A stretch of DNA of 64,000 nucleotides from a virus. The DNA is taken from positions 1 through 64,000 of IMG/VR virus record IMGVR_UViG_3300045988_063800; one strand, 5' to 3'. Positions 1 through 9,175 of this stretch are shown piece after piece; position 1 is the first letter of the stretch; each line of letters begins with the position of its first letter. The notes beneath the pieces were generated by a model. That model searched no databases. It had not been told where the DNA came from and saw only the letters and a list, made by a program, of their open reading frames with translations. The position numbers were made by a program, and so were the translations under genes.

Positions 1-260
1 TCCTCGTTGCAGAGTTTGAGCATTGAGGGTTGGGATGTGAGCAAGGTTACAAGCATGAACCAAATATTCTACGGATGCTCCTCGTTGCAGAGTTTGAGCA
101 TTGAGGGTTGGGATGTGAGCAAGGTTACAAGCATGGAACAAATGTTTTGTGCTTGTTCCTCGTTGCAGAGTTTGAGCATTGAGGGTTGGGATGTGAGCAA
201 GGTTACAAGCATGAACCAAATATTCTACGGATGCTCCTCGTTGCAGAGTTTGGATTTAAG
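1..260. repeat. 78-bp tandem repeat (LRR-coding), copies starting at 1, 79, 157 and 235 (the last partial)
   Basis: tcctcgttgcagagtttgagcattgagggttgggatgtgagcaaggttacaagcatg... recurs with period 78 bp. Copies 1 and 3 are identical by eye; copy 2 differs only in its last ~20 nt. Confidence 0.9.
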
Positions 261-552
261 CGGCTGGAATCTTGAGAGTTGCAAAAACATTGACTATCTC
301 GGTCAATACAACTTTATCCCAAAAACGTTGAAATTAGGTACTGGATTCTTTAAATGCCCAGCGACTAAAGCAAGTTTACACTTTACTACTTGGACGGATG
401 CTTCTGTCAAGGAAAGCCTCGTTGTAAATTCTTACGACCGCAAGGCAAATGGCTTGCCGGACTTTACGTTAACACTTAGTAAACAAACAAAGGCAGTGCT
501 TTCGGAGGATGACATCGCAGCAATGACGGCAAAGGGATATATAATAGCATAA
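1..552 (+). CDS. BspA-type leucine-rich-repeat protein, C-terminal part (5' end outside window); probable tail fibre / receptor-binding protein
   Basis: Frame is open from base 1. It has 26-aa repeats SLQSLSIEGWDVSKVTSMNQIFYGCS (3.3 copies) of BspA-like LRR type, then a non-repeat C-terminal domain. It lies just upstream of lysis-type genes. Confidence 0.6.
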   Translation, partial: SSLQSLSIEGWDVSKVTSMNQIFYGCSSLQSLSIEGWDVSKVTSMEQMFCACSSLQSLSIEGWDVSKVTSMNQIFYGCSSLQSLDLSGWNLESCKNIDYLGQYNFIPKTLKLGTGFFKCPATKASLHFTTWTDASVKESLVVNSYDRKANGLPDFTLTLSKQTKAVLSEDDIAAMTAKGYIIA

Positions 553-556
553 GGAT

Positions 557-1174
557 ATGAAGATAGAAGAATTAAAAAAGATTGGCAATGTGACCGTTAC
601 GGAGGTGAAAAACGGCTGCGTGAAGGTGTCGGCAGATAAGGTTTTTATACTTAAAGGCGGTGACACTTATACGAGTGAGATATACTGCGCCAAAGACGCG
701 GAGTTGCAGGATTATGAGGTGGTTGCATACAGCGACTACCTCAGAGCCGAGAACAAAAAGAAGTATGAGGGCAAGACGATCGAAGAAGCGAAAGAGATAC
801 TGCTGGCAGAGATTGACGCTTACGACAAATCTTCTGCTGTCAACGGCTTTTACCTGAACGGCATGCTTATTCCGTGGAGTAAAGACGACTCATCATCTCC
901 GAATGTCGATAAGCGCATGGGTTTGCGACAAAATATCGCCGACAAGGTAGCGTTGGGCGAGGAAAACATCTCAATATGGATGAAAGGTATGTCTTTCACG
1001 ATGCCGTGCGCACAAGCTGAAATGCTCATGCGTAGCATCGAGAACTACGCATACGAGTGTTTCAACGTGACGGCGGCACACAAGAAGGCTGTGAGCGAGT
1101 TGACGAGCATCGAGGAGGTGGAGAAGTACGACATCACGGCAGGCTATCCTGCGCAATTAAAGATGGAGGTGTAA
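557..1174 (+). CDS. DUF4376-like phage protein (tail-fibre-associated family)
   Basis: 205-aa track ORF. The C-terminal half (AEMLMRSIENYAYECFNVTAAHKKAVSELTSIEEVEKYDITAGYP) matches my memory of the DUF4376 pattern. Family name is unverified. Confidence 0.5.
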   Translation: MKIEELKKIGNVTVTEVKNGCVKVSADKVFILKGGDTYTSEIYCAKDAELQDYEVVAYSDYLRAENKKKYEGKTIEEAKEILLAEIDAYDKSSAVNGFYLNGMLIPWSKDDSSSPNVDKRMGLRQNIADKVALGEENISIWMKGMSFTMPCAQAEMLMRSIENYAYECFNVTAAHKKAVSELTSIEEVEKYDITAGYPAQLKMEV

Positions 1175-1178
1175 TATT

Positions 1179-1631
1179 ATGACATTAGCTATCATTATAC
1201 TCATCGCTCTTGCGCTGTACGTTTTCAGCTGCTGCGTGGTAAGACGAGTGCCGACCATGCTATCGGAGGTGTACTACCTCGCAGATAAGGACTGGCTCTT
1301 TCCTGCGCTCATGGCGGCACTCGGAGCATCGTTCTTGCCGCTCATGCTTTCAAAAGGCGGCTTGGAGTGCATGGCTTTTCTTACCTGCGCGGGCATCATT
1401 TTTGTGGGCGCAGCTCCTGCGTACCTCGACGAGAGTCAGCGCACAATACACAAGTGCGGAGCTATCACTTCGGCAATATCAAGCGTGGCATGGGCGTGCA
1501 GCATCGACGCTCTGCCTACCGTGCTGTTTGCCGTGCTCGCTGCTGTGCTCTGCATCTGGAAGCGCCGCTATTGGCTGTTCATCGTCGAGTGCTGCGCGAT
1601 ACTCAACATCGTATTAACATTATTCATTTAA
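1179..1631 (+). CDS. multi-pass membrane protein
   Basis: 150-aa track ORF with 4-5 hydrophobic segments, 4 nt after the previous stop. Confidence 0.6.
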   Translation: MTLAIIILIALALYVFSCCVVRRVPTMLSEVYYLADKDWLFPALMAALGASFLPLMLSKGGLECMAFLTCAGIIFVGAAPAYLDESQRTIHKCGAITSAISSVAWACSIDALPTVLFAVLAAVLCIWKRRYWLFIVECCAILNIVLTLFI

Positions 1632-1643
1632 ATCTAAAATAAC

Positions 1644-2105
1644 ATGGAAATCAAGGTAAAACGAATAGCAAAGAAGGAGACGTACACTATAGGCAAGATG
1701 TACGTTGACGGCGCATACGTCTGCGACACGCTCGAAGACAAGGACAGAGGACTGACATCTAATATGTCGATTGCGCAGATATGCGGAGTGAAGGTGCACG
1801 GCGAAACCGCCATACCTACTGGCAAATACCTCGTCGATATGAAGACGGTATCGCCACGCTTCGGAGGTAGACCGCAGTACCAGTTCTGCAAAGGTAGACT
1901 GCCGCGACTGTGCAATACACCTGGCTACCAAGGCGTGCTTATTCACTGTGGCAACACCGCGAAGGACACAGAGGGCTGCATCCTTGTCGGAGAAAACAAG
2001 GCGGTCGGACAGGTACTGAACTCAACGGCAACGTTCCGCAAGGTGTACCCTATCCTGAAGGCTGCGGATGAGAGAGGCGAACAGATATACATAACCATTG
2101 AGTAA
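1644..2105 (+). CDS. DUF5675-like protein, putative cell-wall hydrolase/endolysin
   Basis: 153 aa. TIGKMYVDG...CDTLED...TAIPTGKY...PGYQGVLIHCGNTAKDTEGCILVG resembles the Bacteroidota DUF5675 family, and the gene sits directly before a holin-like gene. The enzymatic role is inferred. Confidence 0.55.
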   Translation: MEIKVKRIAKKETYTIGKMYVDGAYVCDTLEDKDRGLTSNMSIAQICGVKVHGETAIPTGKYLVDMKTVSPRFGGRPQYQFCKGRLPRLCNTPGYQGVLIHCGNTAKDTEGCILVGENKAVGQVLNSTATFRKVYPILKAADERGEQIYITIE

Positions 2106-2117
2106 GGAGGCGGAGAA

Positions 2118-2600
2118 ATGGCAGGAAATATCACTACAAGTACAGGAAAGGCTTTCGTGGTCGGCACTATGAGCACAGAAGCGCTCACCGCTCTGTTTGA
2201 TCTACGGTGGATGCTCGTACTTATCGTCGTACTTATCGTCGCCGATTTTTGGTTCGGCGTTTCGGAGAGTCTAAAAAAGCATGAGCACTTCCGCTTTTCG
2301 CGAGCAGGCAGAAGAACGTGCAACAAGGCGGTGGACTACGTTACGTATCTCATACTCGGCTCGGTACTCGGCTTGGCTATCTTCGAACCGCTGGGCTGGG
2401 CAAACCACGTAACAACAGCGGCTATCGGCTTGGGCTTCGGCTGCATCTGGGAGATTGACAGCATCGTAGGACACGTATGTGCACTGCACGGAATTAAAAA
2501 CACGTTCTCTATAAAACGTCTTATTATCGCTCTCATCAAGAGGAAGAACGAAAACATCGGCGAGGCGGTAGAGGAAGCAATGGATAACAATAAAAATTAA
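2118..2600 (+). CDS. phage holin family membrane protein
   Basis: 160 aa with 3 TM segments. The LIVADFWFGV...SRAGRRTCNKAVDYVTYLILG pattern resembles the holin_4-type family, and the gene is adjacent to the putative hydrolase. Confidence 0.55.
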   Translation: MAGNITTSTGKAFVVGTMSTEALTALFDLRWMLVLIVVLIVADFWFGVSESLKKHEHFRFSRAGRRTCNKAVDYVTYLILGSVLGLAIFEPLGWANHVTTAAIGLGFGCIWEIDSIVGHVCALHGIKNTFSIKRLIIALIKRKNENIGEAVEEAMDNNKN

Positions 2601-2605
2601 CGGAT

Positions 2606-3289
2606 ATGGATATAAGAGAAATACTGATGTTACTGAACTGCATCGTCTTAGGAGCGACAACGCTCTTTATTTTCTACAAGGCTGACAAGCTCGATATGGT
2701 AGATGAAGGCTACGACGAGAACAAGCGAAACCGACAAGGCACTATCGGATGGTTTATCACATCTATATTCGTAGGCGTTCTTGCGCTGCCAGTAATGGTG
2801 CTGCGTGAGGTGTATCAATGGAAGCGTTACAAGCTACCGAGTATTGAGTGGGATGACATTTGCCGCTACGGCTTTACTATCATCGTTGGCTCGATGCTGC
2901 ACTTGCTCCTGCTTGTTATGACGAGCTGCACAACTCCAAAACCTGTTGTGTTGGAGCGAGTGATTAACAAGACGGACACGCTATACAAGACCAACTACAA
3001 AGCAGATACGTTCCGCGTACATGACTCTATCTATGTCGAGAGCTACATGATAGGAGATACGATATATAAGACAAAGAACGTGTACAAATGGCGTGATAGA
3101 GTGAGCGTGAAGACGGACACGATATACAAGTCTATCCTGCGAGCGGACTCAATTCCAGTGCCGGTGCCAGTTGAGCACAAGGCTACATGGTGGGAGCGGA
3201 CGCAGATGTTCGCAGGGAAGATAGTGGTCGTAGCGGTGGTGTTATTCGCTATATCACTGCTGCTTTGGCTGATACACAGAAGAAGGTAA
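2606..3289 (+). CDS. membrane protein (N-terminal TMs plus C-terminal TM anchor); possible lysis accessory protein
   Basis: 227-aa track ORF with internal KTDT(L/I)YK repeats and a C-terminal hydrophobic helix followed by HRRR. Confidence 0.55.
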   Translation: MDIREILMLLNCIVLGATTLFIFYKADKLDMVDEGYDENKRNRQGTIGWFITSIFVGVLALPVMVLREVYQWKRYKLPSIEWDDICRYGFTIIVGSMLHLLLLVMTSCTTPKPVVLERVINKTDTLYKTNYKADTFRVHDSIYVESYMIGDTIYKTKNVYKWRDRVSVKTDTIYKSILRADSIPVPVPVEHKATWWERTQMFAGKIVVVAVVLFAISLLLWLIHRRR

Positions 3290-3466
3290 GTTAGTTGTTA
3301 GTTTTTTAAAGGTAATTTGTTTTCAGGAACCTTGCCCGTCTGTGAAGATAGGCAAGGAGTTTAAATTAATATAAATAAAGATAACAAAGCGTACAACTTT
3401 GAAAATAAATGACTAACTTGCATTGCAAGAACTAATAAACGTTACGTTAAACCAAAAATATTTACT

Positions 3467-3973
3467 ATGAACGAGGATGATAAAAGGATGTTTCTTGCTC
3501 TTGTGAAGGGCAAGGACATATCGGAGATTATGTCTTTGCTGGCAGAGTCCGGCAATCAATATTCACGCAGAATACTGCGGTTCTTCCGTTGGTTCTGCAA
3601 GTGGGTTCCGTTTTTCATAATGCTGACACACATGTACGGCATGTTCGACTTTAGCCGCAATCCGAAAGAGATGTTCGTGGTGCATGAGGCGAACTGGGCG
3701 TGCTATGCGTTCATTTATATCATGGTCTATGTGCTGCCAATGGTTATAATTCTCGCGTCACGCTTCTTTTGGCTGTGTTGGAGATACCGCATACCGTTCT
3801 TCTACTTCTTCGCCGTCAACTCCATACACATCGTCTACTGGAGTTGGTACACAACCAACGAGATGATAATGGCACACTTCGCAATCATGGCGTTCACGTT
3901 GTTGCTGTATGTCTACGGAGCTGTCGAATGGTTTTGCAGCAAATCAAAGCTTGGCAAAAGAATGTTCAGCTAA
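3467..3973 (+). CDS. multi-pass membrane protein (paralog of 6340-6747)
   Basis: 168-aa ORF. The shared motif FWLCWRYRIPFFYF corresponds to FSWVWRIPFLYL in 6340-6747. Confidence 0.6.
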   Translation: MNEDDKRMFLALVKGKDISEIMSLLAESGNQYSRRILRFFRWFCKWVPFFIMLTHMYGMFDFSRNPKEMFVVHEANWACYAFIYIMVYVLPMVIILASRFFWLCWRYRIPFFYFFAVNSIHIVYWSWYTTNEMIMAHFAIMAFTLLLYVYGAVEWFCSKSKLGKRMFS

Positions 3974-3984
3974 AAAGAAATGCT

Positions 3985-4329
3985 ATGAGAAAGATTTTCG
4001 GCTACAAGATGCTTGGTACAATGTTGCAATCACTCGCAAATTCGTGCTTTAAGGCAGACGAGCAGCAGCGCAACGGCGAGAAGGTGACAGCCTGCGGTAT
4101 GAGCGACGACGATATAGAAACGCTCTGCCAGGACATTCTTCCGAATATGCTTAACCCGATGATGAGCGCAGAGGAGGTAAAGGACAGGCTCAGCGTAAGC
4201 GATGCGACACTCAATAGAATGGTTAAGCGAGGAGAAATACCGAACGGCGAGTGCAAGAAGCGCGGACACACACGATACTGGAAGAAGTGGGACATTCTTC
4301 ACTTCTTAAAACACAAGAGAGGCAAGTAA
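3985..4329 (+). CDS. excisionase-type (HTH_17-like) DNA-binding protein
   Basis: Internal ATG at 3985 of track ORF 3700-4329; the upstream part overlaps the 3467-3973 gene. LSVSDATLNRMVKRGEIP...RYWKKWDILHFL is typical of Xis/MerR-like wHTH proteins. Confidence 0.6.
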   Translation: MRKIFGYKMLGTMLQSLANSCFKADEQQRNGEKVTACGMSDDDIETLCQDILPNMLNPMMSAEEVKDRLSVSDATLNRMVKRGEIPNGECKKRGHTRYWKKWDILHFLKHKRGK

Positions 4330-4552
4330 CGAGGCTTCTCTTTTTTTGTTTCCATTTCTTTCCAATTCTTCAAACACTGGAAAGAATGTTTTGCAATGTG
4401 ATAGTACCGACTATCACCTTATATATCTGATTATCAGCGTAATACAAAATCTTTGAGCGTGTTATGGCATTATCCGTCACAACTCGCTAACTTTGCGGTG
4501 TAACGTTACGAAATAGTGTTAGTTAATATTGAGGATTTCAAAAGATTGTATT

Positions 4553-5281
4553 ATGGAAATGACAGATGCAAAAGTAGTAGAGAAGAAAATCTACGAAGAG
4601 GGGAAGAAGCACGATGAGTATGCTTCTAAGGCAACTGGTAATGCCGGTCTTACCCTTGGTATCATCGGCACAGCACTCGGTGCTGGTGCTTGGTTGCTTG
4701 GCGGTAACAACCGCAGCGTGTTTGGTTCTCTCGGTGGCAGCAATATGCCTGAGAATGTAAACATCAACACTTACGGAGCTAACTCAAGCTCAAATCAGCC
4801 AACCGCCTTGCAGGTAATGGAGAAGGAATGTGCTGATGAGGTGAAGCTGCTTACCGACATGTTCGGTTTGAAGCTCGACACAGCTAACAAGTTCTATGCT
4901 ATGCGTGAAACTGACATCGCAGAGAAGTTCTCTATGTACAAGGGTGCTAACGATGCTATCAACGCTGAGAACCGCCGTGCTATGCAGGCTGAGTTCGGTC
5001 TTTACAAGTCTCAGATTGATGCGGACTTCGGTCTGTACAAGAATCAGAGAGACCAGTACGATGCGTTGCAAGCAAAGTATAGCGACCTCGACAAGAAGGT
5101 AGCCGTTATGGAAGCCCTCACTCCTTACAAGGAGAAGCTGATGATGGCTTACGTAAACGAGAAGTGCTGCCGCAAGATTGATGGTGTCCTCGGACTCCAG
5201 AGCACTCCTACTGTTACGGTTCTTCCATCCGCGAACTTTTGCGGATGTGCTGCTACATCCACTCCCACTACAGGAGCGTAA
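4553..5281 (+). CDS. hypothetical protein with Gly-zipper TM segment and coiled-coil region
   Basis: Track ORF 4529-5281, with the first ATG at 4553 (MEMTDAK). It contains GNAGLTLGIIGTALGAGAWLLGG. Confidence 0.55.
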   Translation: MEMTDAKVVEKKIYEEGKKHDEYASKATGNAGLTLGIIGTALGAGAWLLGGNNRSVFGSLGGSNMPENVNINTYGANSSSNQPTALQVMEKECADEVKLLTDMFGLKLDTANKFYAMRETDIAEKFSMYKGANDAINAENRRAMQAEFGLYKSQIDADFGLYKNQRDQYDALQAKYSDLDKKVAVMEALTPYKEKLMMAYVNEKCCRKIDGVLGLQSTPTVTVLPSANFCGCAATSTPTTGA

Positions 5282-5404
5282 CAGAGCTGTAAGGAAGTCG
5301 GTTAGACAGACTAAGAAAAAATGAGTTGGTGAGGGGCGTTTACCCTCGTTGGTGGATGCCCTCTCACCTCTCTATAACATATCACCAACTTAAAGATATT
5401 GATT

Positions 5405-5896
5405 ATGATGAATTTTGGAAACAGCCCATTATTGGATATGGGTACAGGTCAACAGCAGCCGCAGATGATGGATACCGAGCTACAGAAGATGTATGAGGCA
5501 ATACAGCAGAAGCGAGCATCTATCAATATGCAAGCGCAGCAGTCTTCCACCCCTTTATGGGATGAGATTGACAAGATTGAAGACAATCTTACGGGCGCAC
5601 AACGTCAGTATTTGATGCAGAATCAGGAGTACGTTGACAGCTTGCAATATGTATCGAAACTCGTGCAAGACGAGGAATTGCGCATCATACGTCCTCGTAT
5701 TGAAAGCACTCAGCAAGGACAAGACGCATTGAAGAAACATCTATCTTTGATGCAACGACTGAGAAAAGAAGTAGCGCAAGCAGAGGAACAAAAGTCCGCT
5801 ATGCTTAACGATTATATGACAAACCATAGTGATAAGACTTGGCAGGAATATCTTGCTATGGTTCAAGAAGCAAAGAAGGGAGGCTATAAGAAATGA
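5405..5896 (+). CDS. hypothetical coiled-coil protein
   Basis: Track ORF 5399-5896, with the first ATG at 5405. The sequence is Q/E/K-rich. Confidence 0.55.
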   Translation: MMNFGNSPLLDMGTGQQQPQMMDTELQKMYEAIQQKRASINMQAQQSSTPLWDEIDKIEDNLTGAQRQYLMQNQEYVDSLQYVSKLVQDEELRIIRPRIESTQQGQDALKKHLSLMQRLRKEVAQAEEQKSAMLNDYMTNHSDKTWQEYLAMVQEAKKGGYKK

Positions 5897-6324
5897 ACTT
5901 ACAAAAACTGAAAGAACGTCTTGCTCCGTCAATAGAAACATGGATATACGCAAGAATTGACGACATGATAAAAGGCAATCCGTCGCTTGCTATACCTTCT
6001 GTGTATATGAAGCGAGCTGCGCACAATATCGTTTGTCGGAACAAGGAAAAATGGGAAGAGAAAATTGACAATCTATCCCTGTTTGTCGCTGATGAAAATG
6101 GAGTTGTTGATACGGAATCTGTTTTCGATGACGCGATGCAAATACTGAAAGCGATGGAGAAAAAGCCTTTTGATATTGGGGTTCTTCATGGCACAATAGG
6201 CGATGGATGTATCTCTATTGATATGCCTGACGGTATTATCTCTGCCTTGTTGTTTGGCAGCAACAAGAGTATAGCCATTACCACAGATGATATTGCCGAA
6301 TTAAAGAATATATTAATCACGTAA
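5893..6324 (+). CDS. hypothetical protein
   Basis: 143-aa ORF with an ATGA overlap onto the previous stop. Confidence 0.55.
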   Translation: MNLQKLKERLAPSIETWIYARIDDMIKGNPSLAIPSVYMKRAAHNIVCRNKEKWEEKIDNLSLFVADENGVVDTESVFDDAMQILKAMEKKPFDIGVLHGTIGDGCISIDMPDGIISALLFGSNKSIAITTDDIAELKNILIT

Positions 6325-6339
6325 GATAAATTTAGCGGT

Positions 6340-6747
6340 ATGAAAACAATACAGACAAATACGCTTGCCGAAAAGCTGTTTTGGTTTTACAGAATCGGCA
6401 TAAGAGCGATACCTATACTCCTTATGGTTTTACACTGGTCCGGCGTGTATTGGTTTCACCATAACGCAGCGTCAATGGGTTTGGATCTGAACGAGAACGC
6501 CGTTTTGGTTGTGTCATTATATATACTGGCGTATATCGTGCTGCCCTCCGTTTTACTGCCGGCAAGCTTTCTTTTTAAATTCAGCTGGGTGTGGCGAATA
6601 CCGTTCCTGTATCTTGCAGGAGTTATTCTGATAAGGCTTGGGCACGGCACGCTGTGCATTTCAGAAACGACACGGATTGCGGACTACACGCTGATTATTC
6701 TTACGATGCTGCTGTACGGTCGGGCATTTACGTTGCAAGACAAATAA
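6340..6747 (+). CDS. multi-pass membrane protein (paralog of 3467-3973)
   Basis: 135-aa ORF with 4 hydrophobic segments and the shared WRIPFLY motif. Confidence 0.6.
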   Translation: MKTIQTNTLAEKLFWFYRIGIRAIPILLMVLHWSGVYWFHHNAASMGLDLNENAVLVVSLYILAYIVLPSVLLPASFLFKFSWVWRIPFLYLAGVILIRLGHGTLCISETTRIADYTLIILTMLLYGRAFTLQDK

Positions 6748-6797
6748 CAAAACCGCGCACGGACAACAAGATTCCACTCCTGCTGCCCGTGCGCGGT

Positions 6798-7544
6798 TTA
6801 TTCTCCGTAATCCTCTGGTTTATATTCGGGGTTCACCTGTAACGCATACTCTCCTGCGCGGTCGTAGATGCCCTCGTTCGAGATTTTCGTTACGATATTC
6901 TTCGCCGCCTGAACACTGTCCGCATCATCGTTGATGTCAATGTCGGGCATTCCAGGTATCGAGTTTATGACTGACTGCATGGCGTTGTTCCAGTTGCGTT
7001 GCAGTTCCAGTGCGTTGCCTTCATTGAACGCCTGGCGCAAGTCCATTCCTATCTTCTTCTGGATATTGTCAAACAGGTTTCTGAACAGGTTTACAGCAAT
7101 ATCTATCAGCACCATTGCCGTCTCCATACGGGCGATTATCTTACTTTTCGGCACCTTGTTCTTCAAGAAGTAGTTGTCGATACAGTAATAGAGCGTTGTG
7201 ACGAGCGGTTTCAGTTCCGCTTCCGACGCATCGGATAGGTCAAGCCAAAGCTGATAGCGGTCGGCGAGGACAAAGCGCATCTTCGCATCCCATGTGTTGT
7301 ATGCAACAAGAGCCTTGTTGATGCTTTGCTTTGTCTGCTGACGATATAGTTTTTTGTCCTCTTTAATCGCGTTGTAAGCGTCTATCATCGCTGTTTGGGC
7401 AATGTTGTATGCAGAACCCATTGTGATGTAATACAGCGAACAATAGCGGTCAATGCTCTTTAGTATTTCCTCTTTCTGCTTTACACTTGGCGCGATAATA
7501 TACGTCCTTCTCGGAGTGCGGCTTATTAACTGACTTGTGCTCAT
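6798..7544 (-). CDS. hypothetical protein
   Basis: 248-aa track ORF. It is the last gene of the long minus-strand block. No motif recognised. Confidence 0.6.
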   Translation of the reverse strand: MSTSQLISRTPRRTYIIAPSVKQKEEILKSIDRYCSLYYITMGSAYNIAQTAMIDAYNAIKEDKKLYRQQTKQSINKALVAYNTWDAKMRFVLADRYQLWLDLSDASEAELKPLVTTLYYCIDNYFLKNKVPKSKIIARMETAMVLIDIAVNLFRNLFDNIQKKIGMDLRQAFNEGNALELQRNWNNAMQSVINSIPGMPDIDINDDADSVQAAKNIVTKISNEGIYDRAGEYALQVNPEYKPEDYGE

Positions 7545-7546
7545 GC

Positions 7547-7882
7547 TTATATTGCGTTTAAAATTTGCAAATCGTGCGCTTCACCTATCACGCCTACGAC
7601 GGGTATTCCGCAAGCGTCCGCCACACGACGTTCCGTTTCACAGCCTTTTGAGCAACGGCATCGGTTCGGAACAACGATGCCGTCGCAGCCGAGGAGCAGG
7701 CGTAAGTCCTCTTTCATGTGCTCCGTGTACGGCGCAGAATCGGATAAAGGTTTGCCCATAGGATTGACTGCCTTGTAGCCGAGAATTGTCAGTTCCTTCT
7801 CGATCCGTGCGAAGAACTTGTGTCGCTCGTTGAGATTGTAGCCGGTAATCGGTGATGATATGTATATTTTCTTTTTGCTCAT
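7547..7882 (-). CDS. DUF4406 / nucleoside 2-deoxyribosyltransferase-like protein
   Basis: Internal ATG at 7882 (MSKKKIYISSPITGY...) of track ORF 7547-7951. An N-terminal KIYISSPITG glycine-loop type start is typical of the family. Confidence 0.55.
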   Translation of the reverse strand: MSKKKIYISSPITGYNLNERHKFFARIEKELTILGYKAVNPMGKPLSDSAPYTEHMKEDLRLLLGCDGIVVPNRCRCSKGCETERRVADACGIPVVGVIGEAHDLQILNAI

Positions 7883-7895
7883 TTTGTTTATCAGA

Positions 7896-8906
7896 TTAAA
7901 ATACCACTTCTTTGTAGCTTGATGTCGGCTTCTTGCCGGACAGGATTGCATTGCCGCAAGTAATCAGTCCGTTGTCCTCGTCATACGAAGGAACGAATAC
8001 GATTACATCAAATCCGTTTGCCTTCAAATCCTCTTCCACTTTCTTGTACGGCACAAACGAGTCGTAACCTCCACTTGTCTGAATATGGTTGGCTTCGCAG
8101 CTGTTTGTTCTGTGAAGCGGTGTAATCTTACACATGAACTTGCTTGGGTCGAACATGGATGCAAGCACCTTGCCGTCAATGATAGAGTCGTCAGCAAGTG
8201 CGAAGTTAAGAGTGTACTTGCGACCGCGCGGAGTTTCGAGTGTGTCAGCAAGCTCTGCAATATCTTTCAATGGTAGAGCATTGCCAGAGAACAGATATTC
8301 TCGCTGCGCGTCGTCGGTAGAGTTTATAGAGAACTGCAAGCCTGCGTTTCCGCTGTAGTCGAGGTTCTTTACCCTAACCCATTCACGAATAAAGTCGTTT
8401 AAGCCTCGATTACGCTTCGGAAGCATCGTGCTTACTACAGGATGCACAAGCGAATTTCCGATGTAAGGAATAATATCCTCACGCAAGAAGAAACGTGCGT
8501 GCTCGATTACAGCCTCGTTCCATGTCGGCTCGCCCATGCGTGCATAGTGTACATTAAGACGTTTGGTGTGATTAACCTCCAGGTGCATACCTAATGCCGT
8601 TGTTATCTCGTGGCGCAGGTCGTTCAGTGTTACGTTGCGTCCCGGTCCGACTTTCGGCACGTCGCAGAACTTGCAGTTCATCGAGCAGCCGTACTGGGTA
8701 GAGATTGTTACTACCCATTTTTCGGTTAGCGGCATCGACGTTCCGTTCGGCACACCATTCAGCTCTCTTGTTATGCCGAGGAAGTCGGCTTTGATGTTTG
8801 CGTCTTTTCCGTAGTCGGCTACTGTCAGAAACTCCAACACGCCTTTGTCTCCTTTTGCGGTGTAGATTTCACCTGTAGGAACTTTGATTTCTTTGAGTAT
8901 TTGCAT
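7896..8906 (-). CDS. radical SAM enzyme, RlmN/Cfr-like
   Basis: 336 aa. ISTQYGCSMNCKFCDV is a CxxxCxxC cluster in RlmN-like context. ARMGEPTWN corresponds to MGMGEP, KITPLH to INLIPWN, and the C-terminal ITCGNA to the AACGQL cysteine. Confidence 0.8.
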   Translation of the reverse strand: MQILKEIKVPTGEIYTAKGDKGVLEFLTVADYGKDANIKADFLGITRELNGVPNGTSMPLTEKWVVTISTQYGCSMNCKFCDVPKVGPGRNVTLNDLRHEITTALGMHLEVNHTKRLNVHYARMGEPTWNEAVIEHARFFLREDIIPYIGNSLVHPVVSTMLPKRNRGLNDFIREWVRVKNLDYSGNAGLQFSINSTDDAQREYLFSGNALPLKDIAELADTLETPRGRKYTLNFALADDSIIDGKVLASMFDPSKFMCKITPLHRTNSCEANHIQTSGGYDSFVPYKKVEEDLKANGFDVIVFVPSYDEDNGLITCGNAILSGKKPTSSYKEVVF

Positions 8907-8923
8907 TGTTCTTTGATTTTTAC

Positions 8924-9175
8924 TTAATGTTTCTGGTTAAAAAGTGGCGAATTGGTCGAAAAATACGCCTTGTGTAGCTTTTTGCCAATCCTTATTGTTA
9001 ACATCAAGGGCAGGAAAGCTTTTCCCTGCCAAATATCTTGCGAGTAGCTAATCGTATCAGAAAAAGGACCGATACCCCATAGTTTGCGCAGGCTTTTCGC
9101 CACCTTGTAGCTCCTGTTTTTCCGTATCGAACGGAGTGGCATTTTAAACTCCTTCTTTATTTTTCTAATCTTCAT
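8924..9175 (-). CDS. hypothetical basic protein
   Basis: 83-aa track ORF, K/R-rich. Supported only by tight packing. Confidence 0.35.
   Translation of the reverse strand: MKIRKIKKEFKMPLRSIRKNRSYKVAKSLRKLWGIGPFSDTISYSQDIWQGKAFLPLMLTIRIGKKLHKAYFSTNSPLFNQKH

Noticed and set aside
3700-3984. The N-terminal 95 codons of track ORF 3700-4329
   Set aside because: This part overlaps the membrane-protein gene 3467-3973 in another frame and reads as junk. The HTH domain starts at the ATG at 3985, right after that gene's stop.
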